Shown here one piece after another: positions 35,894-45,425 of a stretch of DNA of 64,000 nt. The notes under the pieces were generated by a model, which was not told the DNA's origin, ran no database searches, and saw only the letters and a program-made list of their open reading frames with translations. How positions within the stretch are numbered: the stretch's first letter is position 1; each line of letters begins with the position of its first letter. Source of the stretch: Desulfurococcaceae archaeon (lineage in GTDB: Archaea; Thermoproteota; Thermoprotei_A; Sulfolobales; Desulfurococcaceae); assembly GCA_038824035.1 (NCBI GenBank), contig JAWBBW010000001.1, positions 1 through 64,000 on the forward strand, given 5' to 3'. Position numbers and translations under genes: made by a program.

Positions 35894-37453
35894 TCATTGT
35901 CCTGTATTTTTCCCAAATCTCTTCGACGATCTCCTAGATATCCTGTCGGCAAGGTCTTTGACAACATTGTAGTAATACCATGCATGTCTCTTAGCCATGT
36001 CAATTCTCTCGCTTGAACGTATTCTATGTAACAATGGGTATTTCCCAAGATAGTTCTTCACTCCTTTTTCACCGAACTCAACCAACGCTACCGCTGTTAA
36101 TGAATGGATTAAGGCCTCGTTTAATAGCTTGTTGACGAACAATTCCCGTTTCTCGTCGAAAAACCTAGTAGTATACGTGGCGTTTACGAACTCCTCGGTA
36201 GAAATTATCTGTCTCAGTAATGGGATATTAGTGGACACTCCTTCAATCCTGAACTCTGCTAGGGCGTTTCTGAGCCTCTCTAATGCTTTCCACCTATCCG
36301 GGGACCACACTATTAACTTGGCGATCATGGGGTCGTATTCCCCCGATATTGTAGATCCATCGCAGACACCTGAATCAACCCTGATACCTGGTCCACTGGG
36401 TTCGTGATAAAATGTTATTTTCCCTTTAGACGGCTCACCTGTGATCGGGTTTTCGCTGTAGATTCTGACCTCTATTGAATGGCCATGTCTCAGAATGCTC
36501 CCTTGCTTTATATCAAGTACGCCGTATAAGGCTATTTCCACCTGTTTTTTCACTATATCTATCCCAGTGATCATCTCGGTGACAGGGTGTTCTACCTGGA
36601 TTCTCGTATTTATCTCCATGAAGTAAAACTCCCTTCTCCTCAGATCAAATACGAATTCAATTGTGCCGGCATTTCTATACCTGAGTCGTTCAGCCATCTC
36701 AACTGCATAGTTGTATAACTTATTACGCTCATTATCAAATAATGATGGACTAGGGGCTTCTTCAATTATTTTCTGAAACCTCCTTTGAATACTACATTCT
36801 CTTTCAAACAAGTGAACGATGTTATCCCCATCACCTAGTATTTGTACCTCGATGTGCTTAGAGATAGGTATGTATGGCTCAACGAAAAGCCTTGGATCAG
36901 CGAACGCGATCTCGGCTTCTTTCCTGGCTACTTCGAGTGATTTCTTTAGCTCTTTTTCATTATACACTATCCTAACACCCCTACCACCACCTCCTCCAGC
37001 AGCTTTTATTATCAATGGATATCCATGTATCTTCGCGAATTCGAGCACTTCGTCGAAATCTTTGGCCTCGATCCACGGCAAAGTAGGCACTTCTAGTCTC
37101 TCGGCAAAGATCTTCGAGACAATCTTATCCCCAGCCATTGCCATGATGTTGGGGGGAGGGCCAATAAATATCAAGCCGTTTTTCAAGACCTCTCTAGCGA
37201 ATTCTGGGTTTTCACTCAGAAACCCATAACCTGGGTGTATAGCCTCGGCACCCATATCGACAGCCGCTTCCACGATCTCGCTTATGTTGAGGTAGCTGGA
37301 TACCTCTCTGTCCTCCACTAGGAAACGACGATGCAAAGAGTTGGAATCGCTCTTTGTGTATATGCCCACAGGCATGTAGCCGTTTTCTAATAGGGTTTTA
37401 GCGATCCTTATCGCTATCTCTCCTCGATTAGCGATCATTATCTTGACTGGCAT
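35894..37453 (-). CDS. accC: Biotin carboxylase subunit
   Basis: IANRGEIA, IHPGYGFLSEN, KAAGGGGGRG, ERECSIQRR.QK, EINTRIQVEHPVTE, YDPMIAK. Confidence 0.93.
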   Translation of the reverse strand: MPVKIMIANRGEIAIRIAKTLLENGYMPVGIYTKSDSNSLHRRFLVEDREVSSYLNISEIVEAAVDMGAEAIHPGYGFLSENPEFAREVLKNGLIFIGPPPNIMAMAGDKIVSKIFAERLEVPTLPWIEAKDFDEVLEFAKIHGYPLIIKAAGGGGGRGVRIVYNEKELKKSLEVARKEAEIAFADPRLFVEPYIPISKHIEVQILGDGDNIVHLFERECSIQRRFQKIIEEAPSPSLFDNERNKLYNYAVEMAERLRYRNAGTIEFVFDLRRREFYFMEINTRIQVEHPVTEMITGIDIVKKQVEIALYGVLDIKQGSILRHGHSIEVRIYSENPITGEPSKGKITFYHEPSGPGIRVDSGVCDGSTISGEYDPMIAKLIVWSPDRWKALERLRNALAEFRIEGVSTNIPLLRQIISTEEFVNATYTTRFFDEKRELFVNKLLNEALIHSLTAVALVEFGEKGVKNYLGKYPLLHRIRSSERIDMAKRHAWYYYNVVKDLADRISRRSSKRFGKNTGQ

Positions 37454-37513
37454 TGCATCCCCACTGGTCTTGAGCAATACTTTGTTTTCCTATGCAAAAC
37501 ATCATAAATAAGC

Positions 37514-38743
37514 TTAACTGACGGCTTGGCTCTCCAGTTTCTTGATCAATTCTATATATATATTGATCGCCCTCTCTATATCTGATAATTCTATATACTC
37601 ATTTGGCTTATGGGCCATATCGGTTGAACCGGGTCCATACGCTATCGCTGGTATCGCCTTGTTGCTATAGTACTTTAGATCTAGCCCGCCACTACAAATG
37701 AGCTTACGAGGCATTGTACCGATTTTCTCAGCGATCACGGTTTCAAGGGCCCTCACTATGTATGAGTCCTCAGAGGTATATGCCGGGTCAGATTTATCTA
37801 CAATCTCGACTTCAGCCTTAATGCCGATTTCCCGGCTAATCGAATCGATGAGTTCCTTTATCTCAACAACTACATCATCTGCTTTCTCCTCTATAATGAG
37901 TCTCCGGTCAATACTGAAACCCGAAACACCGGGCACGATGTTGACAGCGCCAGGGGAGATCAGGAGGCCGCCCGCCGTTATAGATGGCTTTGATGCCTCA
38001 GGGTGTTCATAGCTATGTTTACTAACCCTGCGATCCAGTAATAGCTTATACCTATTGAGAAACTCCTTGGCCAGTGTTATCATTTTCTCGAATGCATTAT
38101 CTCCAAGCCATGGCACAGATCCATGTGCTTGTTTGCCAAATGTCTTCACAACGGCCCATACATTGCCACGGTGACCTAGATATATGGTGTCTATGCCTGA
38201 CGGCTCAGCTATGACTACCCAGTCTGGTCTACTTCCAAGTTGATTAACGAGATAACCGGTTCCACTAACTCCGCCTATTTCCTCGTCAGGGACAAGAACA
38301 GCCTCGACGACTATCTCGGGTTCTCGGGTTTTTTGGGCGAAATATATTAGTGTTGCCAACACAGCTGCTATCCCCCCTTTCATATCACTAGAACCTCGTC
38401 CATATAACCTACCATTGCTTATAACCGGTGTGAACGGATCTGTTTCCCACCCTTCACCTGGGGGAACCACATCGTAATGGCCATTGAACTGGAGCACTTT
38501 GTAGCCATGTCCTATCCTGGCCAATAATATGTATCTAGGTCTCTCAGGGTGAAATTGCTTGGGCAAAACACTAGCCAAATACTCATCAGGCACTCTGTGC
38601 ACAGTGACGTGTATTCCGTAGTTAGATAAAAGCTCCCTGTAATAATCCACGGCTGCCTCGTACTCCTCTCCGAGCACAGTCTTATACCTTATACTATCCA
38701 AGAGTACCTTGATGGCTATTTCCACTACGTTCTTGATATCCAC
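37514..38743 (-). CDS. M20 metallopeptidase/deacylase (ArgE/DapE family)
   Basis: FNGHYDVVP, GRGSSDMKGG, DEE.GG, IAEPS, AHKPNE. Confidence 0.9.
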   Translation of the reverse strand: MDIKNVVEIAIKVLLDSIRYKTVLGEEYEAAVDYYRELLSNYGIHVTVHRVPDEYLASVLPKQFHPERPRYILLARIGHGYKVLQFNGHYDVVPPGEGWETDPFTPVISNGRLYGRGSSDMKGGIAAVLATLIYFAQKTREPEIVVEAVLVPDEEIGGVSGTGYLVNQLGSRPDWVVIAEPSGIDTIYLGHRGNVWAVVKTFGKQAHGSVPWLGDNAFEKMITLAKEFLNRYKLLLDRRVSKHSYEHPEASKPSITAGGLLISPGAVNIVPGVSGFSIDRRLIIEEKADDVVVEIKELIDSISREIGIKAEVEIVDKSDPAYTSEDSYIVRALETVIAEKIGTMPRKLICSGGLDLKYYSNKAIPAIAYGPGSTDMAHKPNEYIELSDIERAINIYIELIKKLESQAVS

Positions 38744-38812
38744 TCCATGATCACCTAGTAGAGAACCAGTGGATTACGCGCGATTAATATGTGGAGGAGG
38801 TATAAAAAACGT

Positions 38813-39055
38813 CTATTCAATCTTCTCTATATATATGATCTGGACAGGACAAGCGTTTGCAGCATCCTGGGCACAGGACACTAAGTCCTCTGGTATAATG
38901 CCGACCGCTATATTGCCACTTTCTCTGAATTTCTCTGTTATCTGTGATTTGTTATCATCGGGATTCATTTCAAACACGTCAGGACATATGGAGACACAGA
39001 CCATGTCAGATATGCAGTTCTCTCTGGGCTCTATCTTTACCCTGTACTTAGCCAT
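38813..39055 (-). CDS. fdx: Single-cluster ferredoxin (Cys-x2-Asp-x2-Cys type)
   Basis: CISDMVCVSICPDVF...ACPV, as in Pyrococcus-type ferredoxin. Confidence 0.92.
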   Translation of the reverse strand: MAKYRVKIEPRENCISDMVCVSICPDVFEMNPDDNKSQITEKFRESGNIAVGIIPEDLVSCAQDAANACPVQIIYIEKIE

Positions 39056-39101
39056 GTTCTTCACCACTAAATAAGTAGGGAGATGTATAATAAAAAGCTT
39101 T

Positions 39102-39159
39102 CATCAGCTATGCGGGGCCCATGTCATTTCTACTCCTTTCCAAGGTTCCTCATCATCAA
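39102..39159 (-). ncRNA. Box C/D guide sRNA
   Basis: Minus strand: AUGAUGA-GGAACCUUGGAA-AGGA-GUAG-AAAUGA-CAUGGGCCCCGCAUAG-CUGA; TTTAAATA (39184-91) about 25 nt upstream. Confidence 0.75.
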
Positions 39160-39245
39160 ATCTACAATTACGATGTATCAAGTTATTTAAACTACCTAGT
39201 TTCCTTGATAAGTACGGAGGTCTTTTAACTACTTAAAACACCATG

Positions 39246-39875
39246 TCAACTCTTAAAATACGATATATAATACGTATGCAGGCCTTTCACGATCATCTCA
39301 ACTGCCACGCCGGCTATTATCAGCGCCATGAATCTCCCGACGGCTCTGACAGTGGATAATTTAAGGTACTTTACCAAGTTATCGCTGATTTTAAGTAAAA
39401 AGAATGAAAAACCACACGCTGTCAAACCAGCTATTAGCACTAGCACTATGTTGAACGCATCGCCAGGCTTAGCCGATGTCAATAACAATATTGTTGTTAT
39501 GGTCCCAGGTCCTATTAACAACGGGGTCGCTATGGGGACAACAGCTATGTCGGATGGGTGAACACGCTTTGTTCTAACCTCGTCGCCCAACATATCGAGT
39601 GCTATGGTTATCAACAAGATCCCTCCACCAACTCTCAGCCCAGCTATGGATACATTGAATGCTTGGAGAATATAGTGGCCAGCCAGTGTGAAGACCAATA
39701 CTATCAACATACCGGCGATCCAGGCTTTCTTAATTATTTCCTTTCTTTTATCCGCGCTGATCGATTGTGTGAGGGCGAGGTATGTCGGTATGACTGAAAA
39801 CGGGTTCATGATTGCAAATAACTGTATGAAATAGGTCATGAAAATTAAAATGATGTTTACTAATGTCTCGAACAT
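39246..39875 (-). CDS. MarC-family membrane protein
   Basis: LFAIMNPFS, GGGILL, IAVVPIATPLLIGPGTI, RFMALII. Confidence 0.92.
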   Translation of the reverse strand: MFETLVNIILIFMTYFIQLFAIMNPFSVIPTYLALTQSISADKRKEIIKKAWIAGMLIVLVFTLAGHYILQAFNVSIAGLRVGGGILLITIALDMLGDEVRTKRVHPSDIAVVPIATPLLIGPGTITTILLLTSAKPGDAFNIVLVLIAGLTACGFSFFLLKISDNLVKYLKLSTVRAVGRFMALIIAGVAVEMIVKGLHTYYISYFKS

Positions 39876-39902
39876 AGGGTAACCCTATTAAATGCCTTGG
39901 TT

Positions 39903-42827
39903 CTATATCACGAAAAGAGCTGGTTTTAATGGAAGCGCTCTCTCAGCCTTTGGTATATTCCTGGCTCTCGCCTCATCTTCCCACAGGATCTCTATATCTA
40001 GCCCTAGTTTGTTTTTCAAATAGCTTACAACATGCTTGTAGACCTCGTATTCTCTCTTACTACTAGTCTTCAATATGTTTGTCAAGTCAATTTTCTTCAA
40101 CGAGTTATAGGTATCCACAATCTCCATTTCCCTCCCCTTTAATCCATAACTAGTCCTCATGATGTCTATTATCACCTTTAAAGAGGTGTTTTGAACTATT
40201 GATCTCGCGATTTCTCGTTTCCACTCTGGTGCCACTATTATATAGGCCTTGCGAGGAGTTGTCTTGATCAACGATATTATCTCCCTTAGATCGTTTAGGA
40301 CAGACTCTACGTTATCCACAATTATGTCGAGCTCCTCGTCCACGGGTTCCTTGATCACAGGCCACTTTGATATCGATAATATATCGGTGTAGCCTAGCAT
40401 GGAATTTATCTCCTCTGTTAAGTGAGGTATGACAGGGTTTAACACTGTTATCCAATCTCTCAGGATCTTTCTCGTGCCTTGAACGTATTTATCACCTACC
40501 ATGTCCTTGTACTTATCTATCAACGACAATACATCGAAGAACGCCTTCTGCACATATTCCCTGATCTCCATTTCCTCTATTGCTTTCGTGGCTTCTTTTA
40601 TTTTAGCGTAGAACTTGTCCATGAACCAGGTTGTATATATGTCCTGGCTCTGATTCGTCGATAACTCGTCGACCTCTATGGCCTGTTTCGCCATGTTTAC
40701 GAATTTCATGAGACTATCGATCACCTTTTCAACCTCGGCCTCTCTCCAGTCAAGAACGCTATCAAGGTTTGCTGCCCACGCCATGTAGATTCTGAACAAG
40801 TCAGCTGAATATAAATTAGCTATGTCACGCAATGGTATGACATTGCCCTTGCTCTTAGACATCTTAGCACCCTCTCTTATCACTGTTTCATTGAGAGTGA
40901 TTTTCCTGGGCACGTATTTCTCGGGGAATATTGATATATGGTGGAGTATGAAGAATGAGAGATGGTTTGATATATGTGGTATCGCGGTATGCCTGTGGTC
41001 TACGGGATACCAGTAAGTGAATTCCCTTCTCATTTTGTCCAAAACCTCTACGGGCACCCCAGCTTTAGATGAGATCTCGGCTGGATCGCCTATACCCAGG
41101 AATACATAATCAAATACCTCAGGGGATAGCAACGAGGGATCTATGTTGTTTTCCCTGATCAAGTGAACTATGGTGTAAAAGGCCATGTAAATCGTCGAAT
41201 CACTTAGGCTCTCTATGATCCACTCCTCGTCCCATGGAAGTTTTGTACCTATTCCACGTTTCCTTGCACATGGCCTCTTGTCGAGCCAGTTCAGTGTGTC
41301 GAGGAACATTTTCTTATATTTCGCCGGTATTACCTCTATTATGTTGTTCTCCAGGTATTTCCTGGCCAGATCTTTGAGCCATTTCAAGCTGTAATTCAAA
41401 AACCATTGTCCTTTTATTTTAGCCACTATTATCTCTCCGCCTGATCTACACCAAGCCTTTCTATTCAATTCATAGAATGGGATTGCTAATCCATTGCTAT
41501 AGAGCCTATCCTTGATTTTCTCCCTGGCATCTCTCACCAATAGCCCCTTGACATCGGGGTCATCTACAATCATTATGCCATTATAAAATTGCTCCCTATA
41601 CACCTCTCTTGAAACATCTTCTAACCTGGGATCTAACTGGGATTTAATGCCCAATCTCTCAACTACCACTTGGGCGTGATGCCCTGTAATGCCGGGTACA
41701 TGTATTATCTTGACAGGCTCTATTGCGTTGACAATTGATTGATCAATCCCGTATTTCTTAAGCAATTCTGGTTTATTCTTCAACTCGATGAGAGCTACGT
41801 AGTCGTAGGGCGCATCGCTTGGTTCTGAGTAGACAATGCCAGTAGCGTTCTCCTCGTCGACGAACTCCGCTGGCAATATTATAACTTGTTTTCCAAATGG
41901 TGAGACAACGTATTTGCCGATTAATTCTTTGCCCTCAATTATTTGCGTGATTTTTATTTCCTCTTCGGGGTGTTGATACTGGAACTTCATAAACGCCTTC
42001 TCAGATATCAGATATCTCTCTCCATTCCACTGAAACACTACGTATTTCGCCGATGGCTTGACCCATATGTTTGTAACACCGTATATGGTTTCTGGCCGAA
42101 GCGTCGCCGCTAACAAGTATTCATCGCTGTCGACTAGTTTGAACTTAACAGCAACGTATTCAACCACTTCGACTGGGTTGACATCAGCGTCTTGGATATC
42201 ATCCTCCCCCTCTGGTTGTTTGTGAAGCAAACAGTACGTAACCACGTGATCGCCCCTAGTAATCAGGTTCTTCTCCCATAATTTCAGATATTGCCACGTG
42301 ATAAAGCGCTGATAAATAGGCTCACCTGTGTGGAATTTTCTACGCCAGTCAATGCTGTACCCTAATGCCTCGAAATCTGCCTGGACCCTTTCAGCAAAGA
42401 AAACCGCCAGGTTTAACGGATCTTTAAAGGATTCAAGTATTTTCTCTACTTGAACAGGGTCTTGTACATAGTAGCTGATGTATTTCCTGTAGGAGTCAAT
42501 GGTCTTTTGATCCCCTCTCGCGATCATTTCTGAGACAGCTAGTATAGGTGTTCCGGTTATGTGAAAAGCCATTGGGAACAACACGTTGTATCCACGCAAT
42601 CTCTTATACCTCGCTACGATATCGCCAATTGTATAAGTCCTGCCATGCCCTATGTGTAGAGGGGCGTTTGTATAAGGGTATGGAACTGTTATGAAATACT
42701 TGGGCCTATTCTCATCGGGCTCAGCTTCGAAAACCTTTTTCTCCCTCCATATGTTTTGCCATTTTCTTTCAACATTCCTCAACCAGGCTAGAAACTCCTG
42801 TCTTCTCTGAAAACTCAATCCATACAC
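39903..42827 (-). CDS. leuS: Leucine--tRNA ligase
   Basis: PY.NAPLHIGH, FHITGTPI, AATLRPET, WIIESLSDSTIYMA, KMSKSKGN. Confidence 0.96.
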   Translation of the reverse strand: MYGLSFQRRQEFLAWLRNVERKWQNIWREKKVFEAEPDENRPKYFITVPYPYTNAPLHIGHGRTYTIGDIVARYKRLRGYNVLFPMAFHITGTPILAVSEMIARGDQKTIDSYRKYISYYVQDPVQVEKILESFKDPLNLAVFFAERVQADFEALGYSIDWRRKFHTGEPIYQRFITWQYLKLWEKNLITRGDHVVTYCLLHKQPEGEDDIQDADVNPVEVVEYVAVKFKLVDSDEYLLAATLRPETIYGVTNIWVKPSAKYVVFQWNGERYLISEKAFMKFQYQHPEEEIKITQIIEGKELIGKYVVSPFGKQVIILPAEFVDEENATGIVYSEPSDAPYDYVALIELKNKPELLKKYGIDQSIVNAIEPVKIIHVPGITGHHAQVVVERLGIKSQLDPRLEDVSREVYREQFYNGIMIVDDPDVKGLLVRDAREKIKDRLYSNGLAIPFYELNRKAWCRSGGEIIVAKIKGQWFLNYSLKWLKDLARKYLENNIIEVIPAKYKKMFLDTLNWLDKRPCARKRGIGTKLPWDEEWIIESLSDSTIYMAFYTIVHLIRENNIDPSLLSPEVFDYVFLGIGDPAEISSKAGVPVEVLDKMRREFTYWYPVDHRHTAIPHISNHLSFFILHHISIFPEKYVPRKITLNETVIREGAKMSKSKGNVIPLRDIANLYSADLFRIYMAWAANLDSVLDWREAEVEKVIDSLMKFVNMAKQAIEVDELSTNQSQDIYTTWFMDKFYAKIKEATKAIEEMEIREYVQKAFFDVLSLIDKYKDMVGDKYVQGTRKILRDWITVLNPVIPHLTEEINSMLGYTDILSISKWPVIKEPVDEELDIIVDNVESVLNDLREIISLIKTTPRKAYIIVAPEWKREIARSIVQNTSLKVIIDIMRTSYGLKGREMEIVDTYNSLKKIDLTNILKTSSKREYEVYKHVVSYLKNKLGLDIEILWEDEARARNIPKAERALPLKPALFVI

Positions 42828-42932
42828 CCTGGCTTGTCCTATCCTTCATGTCATGTTTAGTTATTAAACATGAAGAAGCATTATTTAATAATTCTTGAAA
42901 TAATACTCACTATACAGCTCGTGTGATTAGAT

Positions 42933-44579
42933 ATGGCCAAGCACTGGATCGATGAATTAGCCGATGCCCTTTACGAGAAACTGCTGAAAAGAGGAAAAGA
43001 GATTTACGTGTTCAACGGGGGTTTATCGGTATCTGGGCTTCAACATGTGGGTAGATTACGAGGCGAGATAATAATAACGGAGACCCTTCGAAAGATATTA
43101 AGCGCGAGAGGTCTTAGGATAAAACAATACCTCACGCTATATACACAGGATGCTTGGAAAGGCAAGGAATCGCAACTAAGTGTCTTCGAAAAACCAGATG
43201 AAGCATATAAGTACAAGGGCTGGCCATTGATAAGGGTCCCAGATCCAAAGGGCTGTCATAAAAACTGGGTAGATCATTACTGGGAGGATTTTGGCCCATT
43301 CATCAAAGACTTCACAGATGGCGAAATAGAGGTGATCACGACCACTGAGCTGTATAATACAAGGTTAAAGGAATTTGTCAATATAACATTCGAGAAACGG
43401 AGAGAAGTAGTCAAGACCGTTAACAAGTATAGGGGTAGAAAGCCATATAGCGATGACTGGATACCGTTTGAGCCAATTTGTCAGAACTGTGGTAGAATAG
43501 ACACGACAGAGGCGATTAGGATTATAGACAAGGAGACAGTGGAGTATGTTTGCCAAAACTGTGGATTCCGCGGAGAAGCCAAGATCTCTGATGGGAAATT
43601 AATGTGGAGAATAGAATGGGTAGGTGTTTGGTGGGCGTTGAACGTGGATTTCGAACCATATGGAAAGGACCACGCGATGCCAGGTGGCAGTAGAGATAGT
43701 TGCGTAGACTTGGCTATCAATGTCTACGGTATACAGCCCCCAGAGGGATTACCCTATGAATGGGTAGAACTGAGGACGCCAGAGGGTAAATTAGCCGATA
43801 TGGGGAGTAGCGATTTCATAGGGTTCACGCCCAGAGATTGGATCGAAGTAGCCCACCCTCATGTGTATAGGTTTATGGTGTTGAAGACACCGCCTATGAA
43901 GAAATATAATGTGGGGCTTCACGAAATCCCACAGTACTATAACCTATACTTCAAGGCAGAGAGGATCTATTATGGATTGGAAAAAGCGAAGGACGATGAA
44001 GAGGAGGTTTTGATGAAGAGGAGCTATGAACTTAGCTATCCAAGAGGAGGGCCTCCACGTGAAATGCCAGAGCAAGTGTCATATACGCATATAGCCATAT
44101 TGGCTCAGATATTATCGCCAGATAAATGGGGCAATGAAGCATTGTCGCGATTGAGAATTAGCGGCCACATATCAGATCACCCGACTCAATACGGTGTTCG
44201 CAGGATCTTGGAGATGTTGCCGAAATCGTATAAATGGGTTGAAAAATATTCACCCCCTGATATGAGGTTTAAGCTAAATACCTATGAGGAGACAGCGTTA
44301 TTCGCCAAGAAAATACCTGGCGATTTCAAGGAGATATTAGTGAAAATATATGAAAACCTAGCTGGTTTATCTGAGTGGAGAGAGGATAATATAAAGAACG
44401 CCTTAATGGATATAACTAAGAACATGGATTCCACCACTGTCAAGAAATTCTATGAATACTTCTACACAATATTTGTTGGAAAAACATATGGACCTAGAAT
44501 AGCCCCGTTCCTAGCCCTTCTCAACAAGGAAGAGGTCCTCAGATACATAAAAACAGCCTTGGAAAACATGACTTATTGA
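42933..44579 (+). CDS. lysS: Lysine--tRNA ligase, class I
   Basis: HWID..A, SGLQHVGRLRGE, CxxC motifs, FEPYGKDH, GPRIAPF. Confidence 0.95.
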   Translation: MAKHWIDELADALYEKLLKRGKEIYVFNGGLSVSGLQHVGRLRGEIIITETLRKILSARGLRIKQYLTLYTQDAWKGKESQLSVFEKPDEAYKYKGWPLIRVPDPKGCHKNWVDHYWEDFGPFIKDFTDGEIEVITTTELYNTRLKEFVNITFEKRREVVKTVNKYRGRKPYSDDWIPFEPICQNCGRIDTTEAIRIIDKETVEYVCQNCGFRGEAKISDGKLMWRIEWVGVWWALNVDFEPYGKDHAMPGGSRDSCVDLAINVYGIQPPEGLPYEWVELRTPEGKLADMGSSDFIGFTPRDWIEVAHPHVYRFMVLKTPPMKKYNVGLHEIPQYYNLYFKAERIYYGLEKAKDDEEEVLMKRSYELSYPRGGPPREMPEQVSYTHIAILAQILSPDKWGNEALSRLRISGHISDHPTQYGVRRILEMLPKSYKWVEKYSPPDMRFKLNTYEETALFAKKIPGDFKEILVKIYENLAGLSEWREDNIKNALMDITKNMDSTTVKKFYEYFYTIFVGKTYGPRIAPFLALLNKEEVLRYIKTALENMTY

Positions 44580-44610
44580 TGTTCTGCATTTCTACGAGGA
44601 TGTCCTGGCC

Positions 44611-45357
44611 ATGGATGTCTCAGTGATCTTGCCAACATATAATGAGAGAGAGAACATAACTAAATTGATACCTATGATAGCGGAGGTGTTGAGAAATTAC
44701 AGATATGAAATAATAGTTGTAGATGACAATAGCCCTGATGGCACAGCTGAAATCGCGTTAAAATTGGCTGAGAAATACCCAGTGAAAGTGATTAAACGCC
44801 CATCTAAGCTTGGATTAACCTCGGCGATTTACGAGGGGATATCGAATTCCTCGGGGAAGTACATAGTAATTATGGATGCCGATCTACAACATCCACCAGA
44901 GGTTATACCATCTTTGATCATGGGTTTGGAACGATGCGATCTCGTTGTCGCATCTAGATATGTAAAGGGAGGTATGGTCACGGGTTTCCCTATCCATAGG
45001 AGACTGATATCCAGGGTCTCGATATTGTTGACCCACATACTCGTTGAAAGAACAAGAGCGGTTAAAGACCCTGTTAGCGGGTTTTTCTCCATCAGGAGAG
45101 AACACGCCCTTAAATGGAAACCATTGGTCCCAACAGGGTATAAGGCCCTAGTGGAGATCATCGGTTCATTGATTGATCTGAGCATATGTGAGGAGCCATA
45201 CGTATTCAGAGCAAGGCCTGGTGGTAGATCAAAGTTGTCGTTAAAAGTGATCCTTGCATACATTGTAACACTAGCCAAGTTGAGGCCTCTTCGCTTCGCT
45301 ATGCTGTGTTTATTAGCAATAATATTAATAGCAGTGATCCTATATATTTCACTATAG
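44611..45357 (+). CDS. Polyprenol-phosphate mannose synthase-like GT2
   Basis: ILPTYNEREN, VDDNSPDGT, MDADLQHPP, ASRYVKGG, DPVSGFF; C-terminal TM helix. Confidence 0.9.
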   Translation: MDVSVILPTYNERENITKLIPMIAEVLRNYRYEIIVVDDNSPDGTAEIALKLAEKYPVKVIKRPSKLGLTSAIYEGISNSSGKYIVIMDADLQHPPEVIPSLIMGLERCDLVVASRYVKGGMVTGFPIHRRLISRVSILLTHILVERTRAVKDPVSGFFSIRREHALKWKPLVPTGYKALVEIIGSLIDLSICEEPYVFRARPGGRSKLSLKVILAYIVTLAKLRPLRFAMLCLLAIILIAVILYISL

Positions 45358-45425
45358 TTTTTAAACCACCTCTGTATAGAATAGAATGGCCTTATGCATG
45401 GATTACACTATTACAGCCTCAGTGA

